Positions 26,728-32,000 of a stretch of 32,000 nt of DNA are shown here, in pieces. A program made the position numbers and the translations under genes. The stretch spans positions 223,554 to 255,553 of the forward strand of contig CAWKLH010000025.1 of the NCBI GenBank assembly GCA_963850405.1, written 5' to 3'. Origin of the DNA: Nitrospirota bacterium (GTDB taxonomy: Bacteria; Nitrospirota; Nitrospiria; Nitrospirales; Nitrospiraceae). The notes beneath the pieces are model-generated. The model did no database searches. It had not been told where the DNA came from and saw only the letters and a list, made by a program, of their open reading frames with translations. Position 1 is the stretch's first letter. Each line of letters starts with the position of its first letter.

Positions 26728-27604
26728 CTACCGCGCCATCTTGAGATCGTAGCTAATCGAAAACTTTACTGGCATTTGGCGCCGTTCCAGTGGGCGAGAG
26801 AGCTTGATCGGGGGGCCGCTTCTCACATCCTCCAAGGCAACTTGATCAAGCGCAGGATTGCCTGAGCTCTTCGCGATACGCACATCACTCAAGAGTCCGT
26901 CTTCATGCAGCATCGCAGTCAGCGTCACTTTCCCCTGAATACCCTCCGTTCGTAATGTTACCGGGTATCGTTTGTCGAGATCTTCGATCCACCGTGCCAT
27001 GAGCTCCGCCAGCCATCCGTAGTCGGCTTTGGTTGGCGTGAGTTGGTTGGAAGGTGCCGAGGAGACAATCACGGAAGACGAAGAGTCGAGTGGAGAATCC
27101 TTGGCCACCTGGGATTCAGGTGGAGCTGTCGAACTTTCTGTGCAGACATCACGAGGTCAGCCGATGGACCCGACAGGTCCTGCCGCGCAACTTGAGGTGA
27201 TGGGAGAGGCGCAGAAGGTACCGAATCAGGGGGAGCCTGCTCCTGATGGGATTCTGGACTGATTTCAGCGATAGGTACTGGCGCAGGTGGAGTTACCGGT
27301 ATCGTTCTTTGTTGAATCTGTTTCCCTGCTGGGAGACGCATCGTTCACTGACGGAGCGTGTGGCTGAAGTGTCGGACTTGGCGGCGCCATTGCTCCAGAC
27401 CTCAACGTGGCTCCCGGTAAGGATGAGAGCGGAGCAACCATTGCCACATCCCACTGGAACGGGTCAGCCTGCGGCGCCAATTGCATACGCTGGACAAAGA
27501 GAGATCGCTGCCACGGCTAGGCCTCCGTGTAGTAGGCAGGATACCAGCCAACTAGCCGCCATAGGGCCAGTCTGACCGCGTGAACGCGTCATGGATTTCC
27601 CCAT
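26728..27604 (-). pseudogene. tonB: TonB, apparently disrupted by about three frameshifts in the linker region
   Basis: ATG at 27604 overlaps the exbD stop (ATGA). The N-terminal TM has the SxxxH motif (SCLLH) and that frame stops at 27464. Pro-rich segments continue in two other frames (PVTPPAPVPIAEISPE...). An intact TonB C-terminal domain (YPVTLRTEGIQGKVTL...) lies in the 26728..27108 ORF. Confidence 0.65.
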
Positions 27605-27978
27605 CACAGGCGGATGACCTCCAGACTGACTTGCTGAAATCCTAAGCCGCGAATCTCGTCGACGAGGGCCACGAATTTCTCGAGCAGCGTGACTTTGTCG
27701 GCTCGCACGACCACAGCCGATTCACGCGGCTGCGAGCTGAGAACAGAGGGAAGGCCTCCATCGGGGACCGGAGAGTCATTGAAGAATAGACTTCCATCAG
27801 CCGTCAAGGAAATCACGATGGGAACATCCTTCCGATCGCTCACCTCCTTGGCCTTGGCCAGGTTGACGGGAATTTGTCCCGTGCTGATGAAGGTGGCGGT
27901 CGTCAAGACAATGACGAGCAAGACCAACATCACGTCCACGAGCGGGATCACGTTGATCTGATCAATGTTCCGTTCCAT
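27604..27978 (-). CDS. exbD: ExbD/TolR family biopolymer transport protein
   Basis: 124 aa with an N-terminal TM (INVIPLVDVMLVLLVIVL) and a typical ExbD periplasmic domain. Confidence 0.85.
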   Translation of the reverse strand: MERNIDQINVIPLVDVMLVLLVIVLTTATFISTGQIPVNLAKAKEVSDRKDVPIVISLTADGSLFFNDSPVPDGGLPSVLSSQPRESAVVVRADKVTLLEKFVALVDEIRGLGFQQVSLEVIRL

Positions 27979-28393
27979 GTTGTGTCCTATACTCGGTCAG
28001 GATCTCACTCACACGACGACGCAGCACGTTATTCATCACGACACAGGGTATAGCGACCAGAAGACCGATGGCGGTCGCTTTCAATGCCAAGCTCAAGCCG
28101 ATCATGATGGTGCTCACGGCCATCGTCCCCGACGTTCCCATCGTATGGAATGTCAACATTATACCAAGGACGGTTCCCAGGAGGCCGATATATGGGGCGT
28201 TAGCAGCCACCGTACCAATAATCACGAGGCGTTTAGTCAGAGTGATTTCCAGCAGTTGCGCGTTTGAAAACTGAGAGAGATTGATGCGTCGGTAAAAGAG
28301 CCAGCGCTCGATGGCGATAGCCACGGACCACACGCTCAGGGCCAGTAACAGGCCGATGACTCCGAAATCAATGATGTCTTTCAACGCGTCCAT
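27962..28393 (-). CDS. exbB: ExbB (MotA/TolQ/ExbB proton channel, short form)
   Basis: 143 aa with 3 TM and the motif APYIGLLGTVLGIM. AAGGAG RBS. Confidence 0.85.
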   Translation of the reverse strand: MDALKDIIDFGVIGLLLALSVWSVAIAIERWLFYRRINLSQFSNAQLLEITLTKRLVIIGTVAANAPYIGLLGTVLGIMLTFHTMGTSGTMAVSTIMIGLSLALKATAIGLLVAIPCVVMNNVLRRRVSEILTEYRTQHGTEH

Positions 28394-28518
28394 CGAGGCT
28401 CCTTACATGGGAGACGTGGGTTGAGTCCGGTGGGGTTGGAAGCCGGAGTATCGATCCATCCATGCCAGATCGCTGAGCAGCTGTCAATTTGCACATACAT
28501 GAGGCGGTCTCTATTCCT

Positions 28519-29616
28519 CTAGGAGTGAGGAGATGGTTCGGCAGGAAAGAGAACCGTGTGGGTGGCAGAGACACGGAGTTCGACGGCGGTACCTTCCTGG
28601 TAGACGCAGGTTGAGCTTTCACTGCTGTGGATGATCTGCCCGGATGGGAGCTGGATCGTGTAGAGATTTTCAGACCCTCTGAACTGGCGGGCCACAACCC
28701 GAGGTTCGGCTGATTTATTGGGCATGAGCTGGATGTCGTCCGGGCGGATCATGACAACGACCGTGCTTCCCTCAGGACTGTTGAGCGTATCGGGGAACTC
28801 TCCCAGTTCGGTATGCACCATGCCTTGTCGAATCTGTCCGGTGACAAAGTCGGCTTGGCCCACAAAATCGGCCACGAACCGCGTGGCGGGGAGATGATAA
28901 ATCAGCTCTGGGGAATCCATCTGCTCGAGCACTCCCTGATTCAGAACGGCGATACGGTCCGCCATGGCGAAGGCTTCGTCATGATCATGCGTCACTAGAA
29001 TGGTCGTGGTTTTCATCCGGCGTAACAAGGCGTGGACTTCCTGCCGCATACGGCCTGCCATATCGGGGTCAAGGTTGCTGAACGGCTCATCGAGGAGGAG
29101 CAAGACAGGATTCTGCACCAGCGCTCGGGAGAGCGCCACTCGCTGCTGCTGTCCTCCCGACAACTCATGCGGGTAGCGTCGGTCGAGCCCTTCGAGGCCG
29201 GTCAGCCGCAGCATTTCTTGAACCCGACATGTCCGTTCCGCCCGTGACAGATGATGAAGCCCGAAGGCGATGTTATCGGCGACGCGCAGGTGTGGAAAGA
29301 GGGCGTACTCCTGAAAGACCATGCCGACACGGCGGTCCTCCGTTGGAATCGTTCCCGAGGAAGAGGAAACCAATTGGCCCGATAAAAATATGTGTCCGGA
29401 CCGGACTGGTTCAAACCCGGCGATGGCTCGCAGGACGGTCGTCTTGCCACAGCCGGACGGTCCAAGCAAACAGAGGATTTCGCCTTCTCGCGCAGAAAAT
29501 GAAATATCGCGGATCGCCGGTCTGCTGGGATCATAGGCACAGGACACAGAACGGAGTTCCAAGATGGAAGAGGCCGGCTGTGGTGAGGGGGAGGTGACCT
29601 TCGCGCCGGTCGGCAT
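28519..29616 (-). CDS. ABC transporter ATP-binding protein, Fe(III)/polyamine importer type (FbpC/AfuC-like)
   Basis: Walker A GPSGCGKTT, signature LSGGQQQRVAL, Walker B LLLLDEP and a C-terminal TOBE-like domain. Confidence 0.85.
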   Translation of the reverse strand: MPTGAKVTSPSPQPASSILELRSVSCAYDPSRPAIRDISFSAREGEILCLLGPSGCGKTTVLRAIAGFEPVRSGHIFLSGQLVSSSSGTIPTEDRRVGMVFQEYALFPHLRVADNIAFGLHHLSRAERTCRVQEMLRLTGLEGLDRRYPHELSGGQQQRVALSRALVQNPVLLLLDEPFSNLDPDMAGRMRQEVHALLRRMKTTTILVTHDHDEAFAMADRIAVLNQGVLEQMDSPELIYHLPATRFVADFVGQADFVTGQIRQGMVHTELGEFPDTLNSPEGSTVVVMIRPDDIQLMPNKSAEPRVVARQFRGSENLYTIQLPSGQIIHSSESSTCVYQEGTAVELRVSATHTVLFPAEPSPHS

Positions 29617-29654
29617 CCACCTGTGTGATGTGTGAGGGGGCGGTCATAGTGATG

Positions 29655-31238
29655 TTACGCTGCCCGCCAATCACGGGATAGCAACAAGGCGAGCGCCGGT
29701 AGGCCAACGAGCACGATCAATAAGGCGGATGGGGCCGCCAGTTGGTAATACTCTTCACTTGCTTCCAGCCAGACACGGATGGCCAAGGTGTCAAACCCCA
29801 CCGGTCGCAACAACAACGTCGCGGGGAGCTCCTTCATCGTCTGCAAAAAGATCAAGACCCATGCCACGATGACCCCGTTGCGAATGAGGGGCAGCGTCAC
29901 GCGACGCCAGGTCTCCCGAACGGTCAGACCCAGGGTGCGGGCGACTTCTTCAAGATTCGGCGTAATTTGTTGAATGGACGGTTCAAGCGACTGGAGCCCG
30001 GCTGGGAGGTAATGCAGGACATAGGCGACGATCAACACGAAGACCGTACCATAAAAGAACGGCAGGACTTTTAGAAAGAGGACCAATACCGCGAGTGCGG
30101 CGACCGGTCCTGGCAGGACATAGCCGGCATAAGCGGCTTGCAGACAACCAGTATTGAGCCAGGTTGGTTTTCGGCTGGCGAGGTAGGCGAGAGGCAGCCC
30201 AACCAATACGCCGGCCGTGGCGGCCAGGGTTGACAGCAGGGCGCTGTTCCAGACGAAGCCGAAGAAGCGGGCGTCGAGAATCGCCTGGGCTTCCGGGGAT
30301 AGGCTCCATGTCACCAGGAGAGAGACAGGGATTCCGAAGGCCAAGCCAATCACGGTGCTCAAGCATGTCGTCAGCGCTGCCGTGTGCCACCATCCGCACT
30401 GGATGCGTTGCGGCGCTCGAAAGCGCCCGCTGGTCTGGTAAAACCGGCTCTTTCGACGAAACCATCGTTCGGTCAACAAGAATAGGAGCGCCAGGATGAC
30501 TAAGAGGATGCTCAGGATACTTGCGGCCTGGTTGTCGGACCGTCCGGTCATTTGCTGAAAGACGGCGTAGGTCAGTGTTTGGTAACGCAGCAGAGAGACG
30601 GCACCGAAGTCGGAAACGACGTACAGGATGACAAGGGCGACGCCGGCGACGATCGATGGGCGGAGCAACGGAAGGGTGACGAACAGCATTCTCCGAAGTG
30701 GTGACGCGCCACATGTGCGGGCGACTTCTTCAAACGACACGTTAAAGCTGAGGAGTGCACTGCGTGTGAGCAAGTAGACGAAGGGGAACGTGTCGAGCGC
30801 CATCACCAAGGTAACGCCCCAGAAGCTTTGGGGTGAGATGATCCTGGCTTCAGGTCCGGCGATCATCTGCCAGAGATGTTCAACCGGACCGCCGAATCCC
30901 AAGAGATAGTTGTACACATAGGCCAGGACGTAGGTCGGCATGGCGAGCGGCAGCACAAGACCGACTTCCCACAGCCGGCGGCCAGGGAATTCAAATCGTG
31001 TGACCATCCAGGCGGTCGAGACGCCGAGCACGAGTGTGAGCAAGGCCACGGCACCCGCCAAGGAAACCGTATTCCACAACAGTTCCGGGACTCGAGTGGT
31101 CCAGAGCCGATGCCACACCGAGAGATCGGCCGACAAGGCGAGGGCGGTGACATAGCCGAGAGGCAACAGGATCAAAGCCGCGCTGGCAAGGGCGGCGAGT
31201 TGGAGTGGAGAAACAGCTAATCGGCGTACGGCAATCAC
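29655..31238 (-). CDS. Fe(III)-type ABC transporter permease, duplicated two-domain form (FbpB/AfuB-like)
   Basis: 527 aa with about 12 TM and two EAA-like loops (EEVARTCGASPLRR and EEVARTLGLTVRE). GTG start. Confidence 0.85.
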   Translation of the reverse strand: MIAVRRLAVSPLQLAALASAALILLPLGYVTALALSADLSVWHRLWTTRVPELLWNTVSLAGAVALLTLVLGVSTAWMVTRFEFPGRRLWEVGLVLPLAMPTYVLAYVYNYLLGFGGPVEHLWQMIAGPEARIISPQSFWGVTLVMALDTFPFVYLLTRSALLSFNVSFEEVARTCGASPLRRMLFVTLPLLRPSIVAGVALVILYVVSDFGAVSLLRYQTLTYAVFQQMTGRSDNQAASILSILLVILALLFLLTERWFRRKSRFYQTSGRFRAPQRIQCGWWHTAALTTCLSTVIGLAFGIPVSLLVTWSLSPEAQAILDARFFGFVWNSALLSTLAATAGVLVGLPLAYLASRKPTWLNTGCLQAAYAGYVLPGPVAALAVLVLFLKVLPFFYGTVFVLIVAYVLHYLPAGLQSLEPSIQQITPNLEEVARTLGLTVRETWRRVTLPLIRNGVIVAWVLIFLQTMKELPATLLLRPVGFDTLAIRVWLEASEEYYQLAAPSALLIVLVGLPALALLLSRDWRAA

Positions 31239-31253
31239 AGGGTGCTCGCAGCG

Positions 31254-32000
31254 TTACCGCATCCCGACTTGTTCGATGAGCAGCAAGGTCGGCTCTCGGA
31301 GTTCGGCGAGCTTGGTCAACGGTACCAAGGCAGCCCGGAAGCTCTTCCGTTCGACCAGCGCTGGATCGGCTTTCACCTCCGGATGGAGCGGATACTCTTT
31401 GTCGAGGTCGGCGAACATCTTCTGGCCGGCTTGTGCCACGAGAAATTCCACGAGCAATTTGGAGTTCTCCACGCGGGGCGTGTGTTTTAGGATGCCGATG
31501 CCCGCCACGTTCATGATGGCGCCCATGCCCCCCTCGTGCTGATCAGGCATCACAACCGCCAGCGGAGCCGCTGGTTGTGTGGCGAGATGTCGATAGACGT
31601 AATAGTGATTCACGATGCCCATGGCGACCTGCCCCTTGGCGACGGCGTCAACGATCTGTGAGCTTTTTTGGTAGACCTGTGTGCCGGCGTTATCCCGAAG
31701 CCCTTCGAGGAATTTCTTGGTGTGATCGTCACCGAGACTAGCGCGAATGACTGACACTCCTGCTTGCAAATATTCACTGCCGGCGTTGGGAATGGCGATC
31801 TTGCCCTTCCACGTTGGATCCGCCAAATCCATCAAGGACTTGATCTGATCGGGCTTCACCAGTGTCGTGTTGCACACAACAATCCAAAACCGGCCTGACA
31901 AGCCGATCCAGCTGTTGTCCGCTGCGCGAAATTGAGGAGGAATGGCCCGTTCGATTTCCCGCATGTTCAATGGGCGAAAGAGTCCAGCCGTGCGAGCCAT
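31254..32000 (-). CDS. Periplasmic Fe(III)-type substrate-binding protein (FbpA/AfuA-like), 5' end outside the window
   Basis: The 248 aa at the C-terminal end resemble family-1 solute-binding proteins. There is no signal peptide because the ORF runs off the window edge. Confidence 0.8.
   Translation of the reverse strand: MARTAGLFRPLNMREIERAIPPQFRAADNSWIGLSGRFWIVVCNTTLVKPDQIKSLMDLADPTWKGKIAIPNAGSEYLQAGVSVIRASLGDDHTKKFLEGLRDNAGTQVYQKSSQIVDAVAKGQVAMGIVNHYYVYRHLATQPAAPLAVVMPDQHEGGMGAIMNVAGIGILKHTPRVENSKLLVEFLVAQAGQKMFADLDKEYPLHPEVKADPALVERKSFRAALVPLTKLAELREPTLLLIEQVGMR

Noticed and set aside
28394-28518. TTGACA hexamer upstream of exbB as an internal promoter
   Set aside because: There is no acceptable -10 element at 17-18 nt spacing (CATGGA / ATGGAT). 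exbB may simply be co-transcribed with the ABC genes.
1-32000. Search by eye for rRNA, tRNA, CRISPR repeats and long terminal inverted repeats
   Set aside because: I saw no regularly spaced direct repeats, no tRNA-like cloverleaf candidates in the intergenic regions and no rRNA-like sequence. tRNAscan, Infernal and CRISPR finders would be needed to confirm their absence.

Overview
The window looks like a comammox-type Nitrospira chromosome segment, inferred from gene content and order only; no search was run. It is centred on the ammonia monooxygenase locus. Reading 5'->3' on the minus strand, that locus holds three tandem PmoD/AmoD-AmoE-family genes (17169->15283), copC, a copD-cytochrome c-redoxin-like fusion, then amoC-amoA-amoB (12413->9369) with a clean intrinsic terminator.

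Left flank (0.2-9 kb): a DUF1566 secreted protein, and an operon of a monoheme cytochrome c plus two tandem NirK-family genes whose copper and catalytic residues are lost in a complementary pattern. It also holds an IS1595-like remnant, a frameshifted lipoprotein, a frameshifted M28 peptidase, a MOSC protein and a membrane protein.

Right flank (17.4-32 kb) is an iron-related region. It starts with two bacterioferritin genes that split heme and ferroxidase ligands, followed by a large diheme CCP/MauG-family lipoprotein. Next is a Fur-box/sigma70-promoter-driven operon (porin, lipoprotein, FMN-binding protein with an SGAT flavinylation motif, 4-TM protein, HD-GYP). A divergent apbE is broken by four 1-nt insertions. 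The flank ends with a multiply frameshifted tonB, exbBD, and an Fe(III)-type ABC transporter (the substrate-binding gene is cut by the window end).

I recognised no rRNA, tRNA or CRISPR array. Main leads: a possible heteromeric NirK, the Fur-controlled extracytoplasmic flavoprotein cluster, the localised frameshift cluster, and a strongly G3-biased amoC.
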